Source: a virus. From it: a DNA stretch of 64,000 nucleotides. The first letter of the stretch is position 1. Each line of letters starts with the position of its first letter. The notes under the pieces were generated by a model. It made no database searches, had not been told where the DNA came from, and was given only the letters and a program-made list of their open reading frames with translations. Position numbers and translations under genes: made by a program. The stretch is taken from IMG/VR virus record IMGVR_UViG_3300045988_149572; one strand, written 5' to 3'. Positions 1-11,002 of this stretch are shown here, piece by piece.

Positions 1-3000
1 ACAATGAAGAACGAAAATGGCGAGACCATAGTCGTCGGTGTAGATGTGAAGAACGTAGGTCGTGATATGGAGGTGAATGCCATATCAACGATATTCGGAA
101 GGCGAGGTGACGCTAAAAAGACACAGAAAGAGGATGTGCTATATACCGCTGAAAACATTACTCCCGAACAGCGGTCACTTCTCGGTCAGCCCAATTCTGA
201 CCAATATACCGGCGTTCGGGAGAGAAACGTTTCCACCGACAAAGGTAGCGAAAAGGCAGAGAAGAAGCAAAAGAAGCAGAGCGTTTTTGACAAGGCTAAG
301 GAGATTGCCGACAAGGAGGAGAAGAAACGCAAGGCTGAGGACAACTCGGTGCTCGGTCAAGCGACAAGAGCCGTGGGCAAGAAAAAGAAGGTCAACCTGT
401 TCAAATATACGGCTTCAGAAAAAAACAGCAATTCTGCGCTGAGAGGAGTGCATTATGCCAACGGCTATGCGTATGCTTCTGATGGATACATCCTCTTCAA
501 GGAGAAAGCGGACTATCCCAAAGAGTGGGAAGGTACGACCAGAGACAAGGACGGCAATCTGATTGACGGGAAATATCCGGACGCGGAAAAGGCAATACCC
601 AGATTGGTTCACATCCCCGACAAGGAGGTTGAGTCGTTGCCGTCAAAGGAGGTGCTTGACTTCGCCATCGCTGCAAGCAAGAAGTTGAAAGGAGAGGCAA
701 TACCTGTCGCAATTGACGGATTGTTCTTTAATGCAGTCAATCTGAAGAAGTTTCTTGAAGCGGTTGCATCCAAAGGAATGGACAAGGTTGTATACAGGCA
801 TCCTATGTTGTATGCCACCAACGGCAAGGATGAGATTGTAATGATGCCTACAGTGAATACATTGGAGGGCGCATTGGATATTGCCGACAGGATGGAAAGC
901 GCAGGTTTGCCCAAAGAGCAGATTGATGCGTGGAAGGCACACATTGAAGCCGCTGATAAGAAAATGTCGTTTGAGGACTTCAAAAAAGCCGTTGAAAACG
1001 CCAAGAAGGAAGGTGTCAGACCTACGGAAGCTGACAAGCAGGAGAGTAAGGCGGAGGCTGAGAAGCAGAAAGTTGACAAGCAGGGGAATCCAATTGACGC
1101 TGAAGGCAGACTGATAACTGAGAAAGTTGAAGACATCAGCGATTTGTCGGACGATGATTTCAACAATCCGAAACGTTCTGTGGAATTGCCTAAGATACCG
1201 AAGAATATAGATAACGCTCTCGGTGCGAACGGCAAGCCTGTTATTATCAAGAAGAATATATTCGAACGGAACAAGAACGCTCATTCAGACTTAACGGCAG
1301 AGCAGAGCCGAGAAATACTTAAAACAGCGCTGTACTCGGCTGATTTGTATGCTAAGAACCAAAAATCCAAGCGCCCGTTCAATTGGGTAATTATCAAAAC
1401 AAAAGACCACGATGGTAAAAACAAACTTGTTCTCTTGGAAGTTAACGACAACAAGGACAATGTGGAAATTGTGCATTGGCACTATCTTGATGACCGAGGC
1501 CTTGAAAAAATAAAAAAGCAAGCCGAACGTGAGGGCGGGCAACTCCTCATACTGCCTTCCGAAAAAGAAGAGGCTGGCGCCCTTTCCAGCCGTACATCCG
1601 ACTTGCCTGCTGACAAAGGTAGCGAAGTCGGAGGAGAAAAGCAAGAGGCTGAGAAAAAAAGACCCGCTCCGCTATCGGAGCGGATAGAAGATGTCGGAGA
1701 GAAGATTGGCGATGCGAGGAAGGATGTCTGGAAGGAAATAATTGCCAGGATCAAGAATAAAAAACAAGGGATTGAAGAAGCGTTGAAGAAGAGCTCTGCG
1801 GGCAAGCTGTTCTCTTCGTTGTTTGACGAGAAGGAGTTGCTTGAAAGCGGTGTGTCGAATGAGGTTGTGACATTCATCTCAGCGGTAAAGGGCAGTCTTG
1901 GAACGAAACCGAGGTCTTTGTCCAAATTAAAGATGTGGATCAATAAAGTATTGCACCAATATGATATGTGCGAACAGGCATTGGAGAATTGGGAATCCGT
2001 CAAGAAGAAGATTGACGAATGGAAGTACTATAGCCAACCGTTCTATATGTACCGCGCGGCAATGGCAGTCGGAGGATATGAAAGTGGACGTGATGTAGGC
2101 AACGCCGAATTGTGGCAGATTGCTGACGGGTATAGTGATGGAAAGTCCGTAGCCGGGCAATGGTGTGTCCGTAAAGCTGGAGCCTATGATGGAATTTATA
2201 AGACTTACGAGGAAGCAGCCGAGGCTCTGAAGAAATTCGCAGGAGAGAACGCTGCGGTTGACGGCAAAGGGAAACGCAAGGAAGTGAAACTTGCGATATA
2301 CAAAAGGCGGACGGACGGCACTATGTTCATAGCTCCAGAAGGAAAGCCGGATGTGATAATTCAGGATGGATTCAAGACTTTATACGAAGCATCTGCATAT
2401 AAGAAGGAGCATTATGCAGAGATGCAGGAGCGTTATCGGACGTTGATGGATGGCATCAAACCGAAATTCAACGAGAACAGGGAGCGCAAAGGGCGTGACT
2501 GGCGCGGCGGCAAGGATGTGTCGGCGGAGGATTTCCGGGAAGCGTTTGACTTCCGAGGAGTGGAGTTCGGCAACTGGATGCAGCAGAAGGACAGACACCA
2601 GGCGTTGAACGAATGCTACGACTCTCTTATGGACTTGGCGATGGTCTGTGGAGTGTCGCCGAAGGCGTTGTCGCTTGGAGGGAAGTTGGCAATGGCATTC
2701 GGTGCGAGAGGAGGTGGAAAATTCAACGCTCATTACGAGCCGGATAAGGTTGTGATAAACCTTACAAAGACCAAAGGTGCAGGAAGCCTTGCGCACGAAT
2801 GGTTCCACGCCATTGACAATTATTTCAATATGCAAGGTTGGGACGAATTTGCCACAGAAAGCACGCGGAACGTTGAACGCAAGGAAATGGCTGAAGCGTG
2901 GAAGGATTTGGTGCGTGCGATAAACGGAAGTGATTATTTCAAGCGGTCAGACAAATACGCCCGTCTTAAAGGCTCCAGATATTGGATTGAACCGACTGAG

Positions 3001-6000
3001 CTTGGAGCGAGAGCGTTTGCGGTGTGGGTTGAGAACAGACTGTCGAAGTACGGCACGATAAACGACTATCTCGCCAACAATCCACGTCTAGTGGATGAGA
3101 AGGCAAGCGACGCAGAAAAGAAATATGCACCGTACCCATTCGACAAGGACGCTGACTGGATGGACGAGAAATTCGGCAGGTTGTTCGAGGTGATGCAGGA
3201 GCGTGTCGACGAGGAGACAGGTAAGCACATTCTGTACAGCAGAAATAAAGCTGCCGGGCACGAGAAGACGGAGTTGACAGCGGAGGAGCGGGAACTGAGG
3301 GACAACCTTGTGGAGCGTATGCGCAAGGGTGGACTTGACGTGGTGACTGATTCGGAAGAGATGCAAAGAGTCATAGACACCGAGAACGAGCGGACAAGGA
3401 TGATGGGTGCCGGTTCAGTCCGTGAGCATCGTGTGTACCACGGCAGCGGAGCGGACTTCGATGCTTTCGACCACTCGCATATGGGCGAGGGAGAAGGTGC
3501 GCAGGCTTACGGCTGGGGTACTTATGTGACCGAGGTGGAAGGCATCGGCAGGACGTATGCTATTCAGAATACAACGAAGCACAACGATGCTTTACGTGCA
3601 TTGCAACACGATGTAGATGCTATATCTGACCAACTTAACAGACACCGGGATGATTTGAAGTATGACGAAGAGCAGTTAAAACGTGCTAACGAATGGAGAG
3701 CCGAGGCAGAGCTTGACTATGAATTGTTCAAAGATGAAGCTGAGGAATTAAAGGAAAAATATGGAGAGTCTTCTCCTAAATACCGAAATCATCTGTTTAA
3801 TGACATCTATACAGATGAAATGAAACGTGCTCAAAGTTCAGTTAAGAGTATGGAAGAGTCAATCCAGTATCGCAAGGAGAAAATCGCAGAGCTGGAAAAG
3901 GCATTAAAGGATAAGCAAGCGGAGATTGATGAACTGCCGAAGGAGTTTCCACGCCACCTTTACACTGTAGAAATCCCCGATGACAACGGCAGCAACTATC
4001 TGGATTGGAATGGCCACCCTGCTGAATCTTTACTGAAAGATGTAGGTTCGTTTTTGGAGAGTGAAGGCTTTGAGAGGGTACAGGATAACCCTGTCAGATA
4101 TGAGAAAGGCGAAAGCACCGTTGTTTTGAACCCAAATGCGACTGGAGCTGATTTGTATGCGGAATTGCGTGAGGTTCTTGGCAGCGACAAGAAAGCGTCA
4201 CAAGCATTGGCAGAGTTAGGCTGTATTGGCATCAAATATCCTGCTGACAATATGCGTGGTGGCCGTGAGGATGGCGCAAAGAACTACGTTATCTTCAACG
4301 AGAATGATGCGAAGATAACCGACCATACACGCTTTCTGCGTACTGCGGACGGAGAGGTGTACGGCTTGGTGAAGGACGGACGCATATACCTTGACCCAAA
4401 GGTGGCTACAGCGGAGACTGCGGTACACGAATACACGCATCTGTGGGGCGATATGCTGAGGCGCAAGGACTCCGAGCAATGGAGCCACACGGTGAAGGAA
4501 CTGAAGAACAGCGTTCTTTGGGAGGAAGTGAAGGAGTTGTATCCGGAGCTGAAGACCGATGACGAGATAGCGGACGAAGTGTTGTCGACGTTCAGCGGAC
4601 GCAGAGGAGCGGAACGCTTGCGCGAGGAGGCACGCAGGGTTGCCGATGGCGAGGGCGGAGTGTTCACAAAGGCGAAGGCTATCGAGACGTTGGAGCGAGT
4701 GAAGGAAGCCATAGCGCGGTTCTGGGAAGGCGTGGCGAGGATGTTCGGCATCAACCGCTACCGCAGTGCCGAGGAGTTGGCTGATATGGCAATGAAGGAC
4801 TTGCTTGATGGTGTAGACCCAAGAAAGATGGGTAACAACGAGAAAGGCATTGGATTCAGTGCAAAACAAAAAAGAGCACTTGAAACCGTAACGATGGCAG
4901 ACAAATCCACCAATAAAGCCACTGCCATTTCAAGTGCTGATGGCGCAAAGGTACAAAATAATCTTGAAATACTTGCTGAAAGCTACAACAATCGTTCCAA
5001 TAAAACCAAAGGGTTCATAACGGACTTGTCTCAAGCTCTAAACTTGGAGCGACATGAAGCAAGTCATTATGGTACATTTGAGACGCAGAAAGGTAAGTTG
5101 GTTACTATCCGTGTGAGCAATCACAATGCACGTGTTTCATTATTTGACAAGAATGGCGAGAATGATGGCATTAGTATTGTTATATCAAATCATAAGAACA
5201 AGGGACTTTTGAACGATGGCAATGCCCATATTATAGAATTCTTCTACTCCAAACAATCACTTCAAAGAGCCGATGGTAAACCATTGTCGGATATAATCCG
5301 TTCTGTTTCCGAAGTTTTGTATAGTGGTGAGTTTAAGGACACGACAGGTCTTGCTGAGCGGCAGGAGGTGAACGGTGATGATGTGATTCGCTTCCAGTTC
5401 ATCGGTGAGAAGGGTGCTGCGGAAGCCGACCATGCCGAGGAGGTTTTTGCAAACGAAAATGTAGAGCGCAGTGTAAGAGAGAATCCTAAAAGCGAGGAGC
5501 CACGCTTCAGCAGAAAGCCGGGCGAGAGCATCTTCGACTATGCGTCACGTGTGTCGGAAGACGGCTTGCTATTCCGAGATGGTGGTACTGAGTACGATTT
5601 CCCAGGCGAAGACGACGCTCAGAAACTTTACAACGCTGCGGTTGACGGCAGAAAGTCGAGGGCAATAGAATCGTGGCAGGATGAGATGTTCCCCGTGAAG
5701 ATGCTCCAAGAGGCGATTGAGAAAGCCACGGGCGAGAAGATAGCCGACTTCGAGAACGCATATCTGTTAGAGAATCAACTCGGCTCGGCAGGAAACGCAA
5801 CGTTGGAGAAGTATGCGAGAGAGGTTCAGAATCCAATGCGCAAGGTGTATCTTGACATGCTCAAAGCCAAGTTTGATGGAGGGAGCAAAGTTACAAAGTC
5901 GGACATCAACAAGTATGTGATAGCGGTTCACGGATTGGAACGCAATAAGTATATGGCGGATAAGAACAAGGGGTTGCCCGATGCTCGCAGGGACTATTCC

Positions 6001-8685
6001 GGTTTTACCGCATTGTTCGGCAATGGAGAGCAAGTAGAGGTTGAAGAACTTGAACGTAGAGCGGAAGAATATATCGGGAAGTTTGAGGATGCAGTGGGTA
6101 AAGACAAAGCGGATAAGCTATGGTCGCTTGTGGATGAATCAAGACAACGCACGTTGGACGAACTTGTGAGGTCAGGCTTGGTAAGCGGCGATGTCGCAGA
6201 TGAATGGTTGCGTCGCTTCGAGCACTATGTCCCGTTGCAAGGCTTCTCAGAGGAGGTTATAGGAGAGGACAGAAACGCTAATTTCGAAAACCACATCACG
6301 GGGCGTATGTCCGAGGCAAGAGACCCTTTGGCAACACTCGTGAATATGGAGTATGTTGCTGTAACGAGCGGCAATCACAACAGAGTGAAACAGGCTCTTT
6401 ACAACCTTGCGCTCAACCATAGAACAAACCTTCTCTCTGTAATGCCGATGTTCTCTGTAAAGAATCCAATTACTGGTGAATGGGAGGATGCGGTTCCGCA
6501 GATTGATGAAACGATGTCACCGATTGAGAGACAACGGGAGGTTGATAAGTTTATCAAGCAGATGCGCGTACGTATGCGCGAGGAGAAAGACCTTCCAGAA
6601 TCGGACAAAACTGTCAAGGATGCAAGAAAGGTAAGCGTTGGTAGTAAAGTATTGCCTAAAGCTATGCCAGACTTTATTGTGAGGATGAAAGTCAACGGCA
6701 GACAATATGCGGTTGTCCTCAATGGCAATCCAAGAGCTGCGCAGGCTATAAATGGACGGTTGAAGGAACACCCCAACAAGGCATTGCAGAAGATAAGCGG
6801 AGTGACGAGGTTTATGTCAGCTGCGGTTACTGCTTGGAATGCTGCGTTTATGTTAAGCAACTTTGCAAGGGATGTGCAAGCGGCGAACGCTTTTGCTTAT
6901 TCCAACGAGGGAGCAAAATATGCGGCTATGATGGATGCTGAAATCCATAAAAATATGTCGTTGACTTCATTGGGCAGAGATTTGTTTGGGATGAAAAATA
7001 AAGGTATTTATAAGTTATATTATAAATACAGACACAATCAGCTTGACATGAGTAATGAACGGGAAAGATTCTTCAAAGAGTTTGTTGACAATGGAGGTGA
7101 GACCGGGTACACACAGATGGTTGACATTGATAAAATCGCCAAACAGATGCAGAAAGATGAATTTTCTGCAATCAAAGCGATTAAATCGGTCGGCAAGTTC
7201 ATTGAATTGGCAAACAAGGGCTTTGAGAACGCGACACGTTTCGCAGCGTATGCAACAAGCCGAAAAATGGGTAAGTCTGTTATGCAGAGCATTAACGACG
7301 CAAAAGAGATAAGCGTCAATTTCAACAGACACGGAAATGGGCGGAACGGATATGTCATCGCCAAATCGTTGTATCAATTCTTGAATCCTACAATACAAGG
7401 ATTGGAGAAACAATTGCGTACAATAAAAGAACACCCATTAGAGGGCACAGCCGTGTTAATTGCGACACCGATTGCAATAGGATTTGCCATCCCGCTTGTA
7501 AATATCGGATTGGCTATGTTGTCGGGCGGAGGTGACGATGACAAAAAATACTATTGGTCACTTAGCGATTGGACACGCAGAAACAATCTCATTATTGGTG
7601 TGAATGGTAAATTTATAAAAATTCCGTTGCCACCAGAGTTGAGGGTGTTTTATGGAATTGGAGAGATGATTGCGTCGAAGATGAGCAACCCATATGACAA
7701 GACGAATCTTTTGACTGAAATCCCGAAGCATATCAGTGAAACATTGCCGTTCAATGACACAAACAGTACATTTCCATCGTTTGTTAAACCATTTATTGAA
7801 TCAGAGGTTACAGACAAGGATTTTATGGGCAGAAAGATTACTGGGCGTTCTGACTATAACACCCAAGACCCGGAATGGAAACGGGCGGGCTACAACACAG
7901 ACGATGAGTATATAGCCGCCGCCAAATGGTGGCACAGCCTGTTTACCGACAACGACAATGAGAGAGGCTCGTGGTTTGCGGAAATCAACCCATCAGTAGC
8001 AGAACATCTTATCAAGGGTTATACAGGAGGAATTGGAAGTATAGTAGGACAAGTGTACACAACGGTAAAGGCAATAGCCAAAGGCAATGAAAAAGATTAT
8101 TCTGATTCAAGAAATTGGCCTATTGTCAACAGAGTTTATGTCCAGACCACCAAAGAAGATGCAGTGAAAAAAACTACAAATACCGCTTATCGTTTCTATC
8201 AAGACAATTACAAAAACTATGAGCATACGTTTAAAGAAACTCTTAAAGATGAAAAATCCGGTATATTCCAAAAGGCTCAAAGAATTTCAAATATGGTTGA
8301 GACTTCGGAATACAAGCGGTACAGAATGACAGAGCCATTTATAAAAGCAGACAAACTTCTTTGGGATGAAATAAAGGCACTCAAAGAGACAGATGACAAA
8401 GAATCGCTTGAGTGGATTGAAAAAGAACAGACTCGGCTTAGGAGTGTTCTTGTAGAAGCCTCTGAAAAATTTGATATTTATGACAACGCAGGACTTACGT
8501 ACAAACTGGACAGAATGTCAAAGCCAGGTGCTTATAAATCGGATTTGAAGATTGATGTAAAATCAGCACCAAATAAGGATATGCGTAAATTCGCAAAAGA
8601 GTACAATGTCAAGATCGGCAAATACAAACAACAAACCTATAAAGATGAACAAGAAATAAAGAAACATATTCGTGTTAATAAATAA
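1..8685 (+). CDS. giant polyvalent (multi-domain, virion-delivered type) protein, C-terminal >2890 aa; 5' end lies outside the window
   Basis: One frame open from base 1 (ACA precedes the first ATG at 4) to the stop at 8683-8685. HExxH zincin motifs HEWFH (2794-2808) and HEYTH (4426-4440). A YHGSGADFDAFD ... NYVIFNEND block (about 3430-4310) resembles the ART-like module of polyvalent proteins. Clamp-like RGVHYANGYAYASDGYILF near 450-510. Hydrophobic segment about 7444-7530. Sits directly upstream of the portal gene. Confidence 0.8.
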   Translation, partial: TMKNENGETIVVGVDVKNVGRDMEVNAISTIFGRRGDAKKTQKEDVLYTAENITPEQRSLLGQPNSDQYTGVRERNVSTDKGSEKAEKKQKKQSVFDKAKEIADKEEKKRKAEDNSVLGQATRAVGKKKKVNLFKYTASEKNSNSALRGVHYANGYAYASDGYILFKEKADYPKEWEGTTRDKDGNLIDGKYPDAEKAIPRLVHIPDKEVESLPSKEVLDFAIAASKKLKGEAIPVAIDGLFFNAVNLKKFLEAVASKGMDKVVYRHPMLYATNGKDEIVMMPTVNTLEGALDIADRMESAGLPKEQIDAWKAHIEAADKKMSFEDFKKAVENAKKEGVRPTEADKQESKAEAEKQKVDKQGNPIDAEGRLITEKVEDISDLSDDDFNNPKRSVELPKIPKNIDNALGANGKPVIIKKNIFERNKNAHSDLTAEQSREILKTALYSADLYAKNQKSKRPFNWVIIKTKDHDGKNKLVLLEVNDNKDNVEIVHWHYLDDRGLEKIKKQAEREGGQLLILPSEKEEAGALSSRTSDLPADKGSEVGGEKQEAEKKRPAPLSERIEDVGEKIGDARKDVWKEIIARIKNKKQGIEEALKKSSAGKLFSSLFDEKELLESGVSNEVVTFISAVKGSLGTKPRSLSKLKMWINKVLHQYDMCEQALENWESVKKKIDEWKYYSQPFYMYRAAMAVGGYESGRDVGNAELWQIADGYSDGKSVAGQWCVRKAGAYDGIYKTYEEAAEALKKFAGENAAVDGKGKRKEVKLAIYKRRTDGTMFIAPEGKPDVIIQDGFKTLYEASAYKKEHYAEMQERYRTLMDGIKPKFNENRERKGRDWRGGKDVSAEDFREAFDFRGVEFGNWMQQKDRHQALNECYDSLMDLAMVCGVSPKALSLGGKLAMAFGARGGGKFNAHYEPDKVVINLTKTKGAGSLAHEWFHAIDNYFNMQGWDEFATESTRNVERKEMAEAWKDLVRAINGSDYFKRSDKYARLKGSRYWIEPTELGARAFAVWVENRLSKYGTINDYLANNPRLVDEKASDAEKKYAPYPFDKDADWMDEKFGRLFEVMQERVDEETGKHILYSRNKAAGHEKTELTAEERELRDNLVERMRKGGLDVVTDSEEMQRVIDTENERTRMMGAGSVREHRVYHGSGADFDAFDHSHMGEGEGAQAYGWGTYVTEVEGIGRTYAIQNTTKHNDALRALQHDVDAISDQLNRHRDDLKYDEEQLKRANEWRAEAELDYELFKDEAEELKEKYGESSPKYRNHLFNDIYTDEMKRAQSSVKSMEESIQYRKEKIAELEKALKDKQAEIDELPKEFPRHLYTVEIPDDNGSNYLDWNGHPAESLLKDVGSFLESEGFERVQDNPVRYEKGESTVVLNPNATGADLYAELREVLGSDKKASQALAELGCIGIKYPADNMRGGREDGAKNYVIFNENDAKITDHTRFLRTADGEVYGLVKDGRIYLDPKVATAETAVHEYTHLWGDMLRRKDSEQWSHTVKELKNSVLWEEVKELYPELKTDDEIADEVLSTFSGRRGAERLREEARRVADGEGGVFTKAKAIETLERVKEAIARFWEGVARMFGINRYRSAEELADMAMKDLLDGVDPRKMGNNEKGIGFSAKQKRALETVTMADKSTNKATAISSADGAKVQNNLEILAESYNNRSNKTKGFITDLSQALNLERHEASHYGTFETQKGKLVTIRVSNHNARVSLFDKNGENDGISIVISNHKNKGLLNDGNAHIIEFFYSKQSLQRADGKPLSDIIRSVSEVLYSGEFKDTTGLAERQEVNGDDVIRFQFIGEKGAAEADHAEEVFANENVERSVRENPKSEEPRFSRKPGESIFDYASRVSEDGLLFRDGGTEYDFPGEDDAQKLYNAAVDGRKSRAIESWQDEMFPVKMLQEAIEKATGEKIADFENAYLLENQLGSAGNATLEKYAREVQNPMRKVYLDMLKAKFDGGSKVTKSDINKYVIAVHGLERNKYMADKNKGLPDARRDYSGFTALFGNGEQVEVEELERRAEEYIGKFEDAVGKDKADKLWSLVDESRQRTLDELVRSGLVSGDVADEWLRRFEHYVPLQGFSEEVIGEDRNANFENHITGRMSEARDPLATLVNMEYVAVTSGNHNRVKQALYNLALNHRTNLLSVMPMFSVKNPITGEWEDAVPQIDETMSPIERQREVDKFIKQMRVRMREEKDLPESDKTVKDARKVSVGSKVLPKAMPDFIVRMKVNGRQYAVVLNGNPRAAQAINGRLKEHPNKALQKISGVTRFMSAAVTAWNAAFMLSNFARDVQAANAFAYSNEGAKYAAMMDAEIHKNMSLTSLGRDLFGMKNKGIYKLYYKYRHNQLDMSNERERFFKEFVDNGGETGYTQMVDIDKIAKQMQKDEFSAIKAIKSVGKFIELANKGFENATRFAAYATSRKMGKSVMQSINDAKEISVNFNRHGNGRNGYVIAKSLYQFLNPTIQGLEKQLRTIKEHPLEGTAVLIATPIAIGFAIPLVNIGLAMLSGGGDDDKKYYWSLSDWTRRNNLIIGVNGKFIKIPLPPELRVFYGIGEMIASKMSNPYDKTNLLTEIPKHISETLPFNDTNSTFPSFVKPFIESEVTDKDFMGRKITGRSDYNTQDPEWKRAGYNTDDEYIAAAKWWHSLFTDNDNERGSWFAEINPSVAEHLIKGYTGGIGSIVGQVYTTVKAIAKGNEKDYSDSRNWPIVNRVYVQTTKEDAVKKTTNTAYRFYQDNYKNYEHTFKETLKDEKSGIFQKAQRISNMVETSEYKRYRMTEPFIKADKLLWDEIKALKETDDKESLEWIEKEQTRLRSVLVEASEKFDIYDNAGLTYKLDRMSKPGAYKSDLKIDVKSAPNKDMRKFAKEYNVKIGKYKQQTYKDEQEIKKHIRVNK

Positions 8686-8701
8686 AGGTGCATAACTGAT
8701 T

Positions 8702-10693
8702 GTGTTCTATAACTTTGAGGATATGATAAAGGTTAACAAGAATAGAATGGTACCGTTGTCTCGGCTTACTCAAAGAGAGCGAGCCGAGATGGACACGGTC
8801 AAGTTTGACAACAAGTTCAACGATGACCGCAAAGCGACAGACATCCTTTTCCTTGCGAAGAACTATTGGGATGCTATGAGCAAGTTCCGCAAAGACCGGA
8901 AGCGCAACAAAGATTACAATTACGGCAACCAATGGGGCGACAAGGTGGTAGTGGACGGCAAGGCGATGACCGAGGAGGAGTATATCATAAAACAAGGCGG
9001 CACACCGCTGAAGTCCAATCTTATCCGCAGGCTTGTGCGCAACGTGCTTGGAGTGTACCGCACTCAGACCAAGGAGCCAATGTGTGTAGCTCGAGACCGA
9101 GACGAGCAGACGCTCGGAGAAACAATGTCGACCATACTCCAGTACAATTGGCAGTTGAACCATATGTCGGAGATAAATGCGAGGTCGTATGAGGATTTCC
9201 TCATAGGCGGTCTCGTTGTGCATAAGAAAACGTTCGGGTGGCGCAACGGCAAGTGCGACTGCTGGACAGACTATGTCAATCCGGACAATTTCTTTGTTGA
9301 CAACAGAGTCACCGACTTCCGCAGTTGGGATACGCAGGTAATAGGCGAGATACACGACTATTCGTTCGAAGATGTGTGCCGAGAGTTCTCACATTCACCG
9401 GAAGACTATGCGGCGTTGCGAGGAATCTACGCACAGGCGCACAATGCCAAGTACTATTCCATAGACACGTCATATACTTTCGGATCGAAGAGGGAAGGAG
9501 ACCTTGACTTCTTCATCCCCCAAGACCCTAACCTATGCCGTGTCATAGAGGTTTGGAACAAGGAGATGAAACCACGCTTCCGGTGTCATGACTATATGAC
9601 GGGAGACTACTACAAGATAGACGAGGAAGACTATAAAGAGTTTGTCTTGGACGAGAACCAACGCAGAAAGGAACAGGGTATGGCACAGGGCATCGAGGAG
9701 GACGACATCCCTACCATTGAGGCTGAATGGTTTATGGATGACTATTGGTATTACAGATTCCTCACCCCTTTCGGTCACATATTGCAGGAAGGCGAGACAC
9801 CCTACAAACATCATTCCCATCCGTATGTATACAAGGCATATCCTTTGATTGACGGAGAGATTCACTCGTTTGTCAGCGATGTCATAGACCAGCAGAAATA
9901 CGTTAACAGACTGATAACGCTGAACGACCTTGTCATACGCAGCAGTGCCAAAGGAGTTGTCCTCTTCCCCGAGGAAGCAAAGCCTGACGGAGTAACTTGG
10001 CGAGAGTTGCAGGAGACGTGGGCGAGAGCGGACGGCTTTATGGTGTACAACGGCAAGAGCGGCACAGCACCGAGACAAATGAGCAGCAACAACACCAACG
10101 TAGGCATCCAAGAGTTGTTGTCGTTGCAGTTGAAGTTCTTCGAGGACATCAGCGGTGTCAACGGAGCGTTGCAAGGCAAGCCGGGCTATTCGGGGATGTC
10201 GGGAACGTTGTATGCGCAACAGACACAGAACGCCACCACATCGCTTGTGGACTTGCTTGAGACATTCTCATCGTTCGTGGTGCAGTCGGCATACAAGGAC
10301 GTGAAGAATATGCAGCAGTTCTACGACACCAAGAAAAAGGTGAACATTGCAGGACGCAGTGGCGGAGCGGTGGTCTACGACCCTGAGAAGATAAACAACA
10401 TAGAGTTTGACCTTTCCATTGTCGAAAGCACGCAGACACCTGTCGTGCGTCAGATGGCGAACGACTTCCTTATGCAGATATGGCAGTCCGGTCAGATTAC
10501 ATTGGAGCAGTTGTTGGAGGCTGGCAATTTCCCATTTGCCGACAGTCTGTTGCAGCAAATCAAGACACAAGGACAGGCGATAGCGCAAGGACAGCAACCA
10601 CAGCCGTTGTCGGCAGACGTGCAGCAACAAGTACAGCGGCAGGCGAACCAAGCCGCTGTACAGCAGATGCAGACTATAATGCAGAGATCCTAA
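8702..10693 (+). CDS. portal protein (candidate)
   Basis: 663-aa ORF (GTG at 8702, first ATG at 8723) between the giant protein and the convergently oriented terminase. Size, Q-rich C-terminus and position fit a portal. No motif-level proof. Confidence 0.6.
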   Translation: MFYNFEDMIKVNKNRMVPLSRLTQRERAEMDTVKFDNKFNDDRKATDILFLAKNYWDAMSKFRKDRKRNKDYNYGNQWGDKVVVDGKAMTEEEYIIKQGGTPLKSNLIRRLVRNVLGVYRTQTKEPMCVARDRDEQTLGETMSTILQYNWQLNHMSEINARSYEDFLIGGLVVHKKTFGWRNGKCDCWTDYVNPDNFFVDNRVTDFRSWDTQVIGEIHDYSFEDVCREFSHSPEDYAALRGIYAQAHNAKYYSIDTSYTFGSKREGDLDFFIPQDPNLCRVIEVWNKEMKPRFRCHDYMTGDYYKIDEEDYKEFVLDENQRRKEQGMAQGIEEDDIPTIEAEWFMDDYWYYRFLTPFGHILQEGETPYKHHSHPYVYKAYPLIDGEIHSFVSDVIDQQKYVNRLITLNDLVIRSSAKGVVLFPEEAKPDGVTWRELQETWARADGFMVYNGKSGTAPRQMSSNNTNVGIQELLSLQLKFFEDISGVNGALQGKPGYSGMSGTLYAQQTQNATTSLVDLLETFSSFVVQSAYKDVKNMQQFYDTKKKVNIAGRSGGAVVYDPEKINNIEFDLSIVESTQTPVVRQMANDFLMQIWQSGQITLEQLLEAGNFPFADSLLQQIKTQGQAIAQGQQPQPLSADVQQQVQRQANQAAVQQMQTIMQRS

Positions 10694-11001
10694 CGCTTGG
10701 TGAACCAATCGAGGAATGCGGAATGTTTAAGGGCGATGATGTCGGCAGGCATCTCGCCCTTTCCGTTCCTATAGGGGGTGCAATAGAAACACGCCCTTTG
10801 CATATCGGCAACGGACGCATCTTTAGGTATGTAGTTTTTCCGTTTGAGGATCCTGAAGTTGCGTCTGTCAACAACGACAAGTCTGCTATCCTCAGACGGC
10901 ATCACATAATAACGCTCACCATTTTCACTATGAGCGTTGTCCGCGTTTCTTACGGCAAGAGAATACACAATCTCAGCCTTGATTTTCTTGAAAATATTCA
11001 T
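10690..11001 (-). CDS. hypothetical protein
   Basis: 103-aa ORF on the same strand, starting 1 nt after the terL stop. Confidence 0.5.
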   Translation of the reverse strand: MNIFKKIKAEIVYSLAVRNADNAHSENGERYYVMPSEDSRLVVVDRRNFRILKRKNYIPKDASVADMQRACFYCTPYRNGKGEMPADIIALKHSAFLDWFTKR

Positions 11002-11002
11002 A

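Noticed and set aside
77-8600. Dozens of 60-220 aa ORFs in other frames and on the minus strand within the giant gene.
   Set aside because: All are nested in a single 8.7-kb uninterrupted frame with recognisable motifs. Their compositions (Arg/Ser/Leu/Cys-rich) are typical shadow ORFs.
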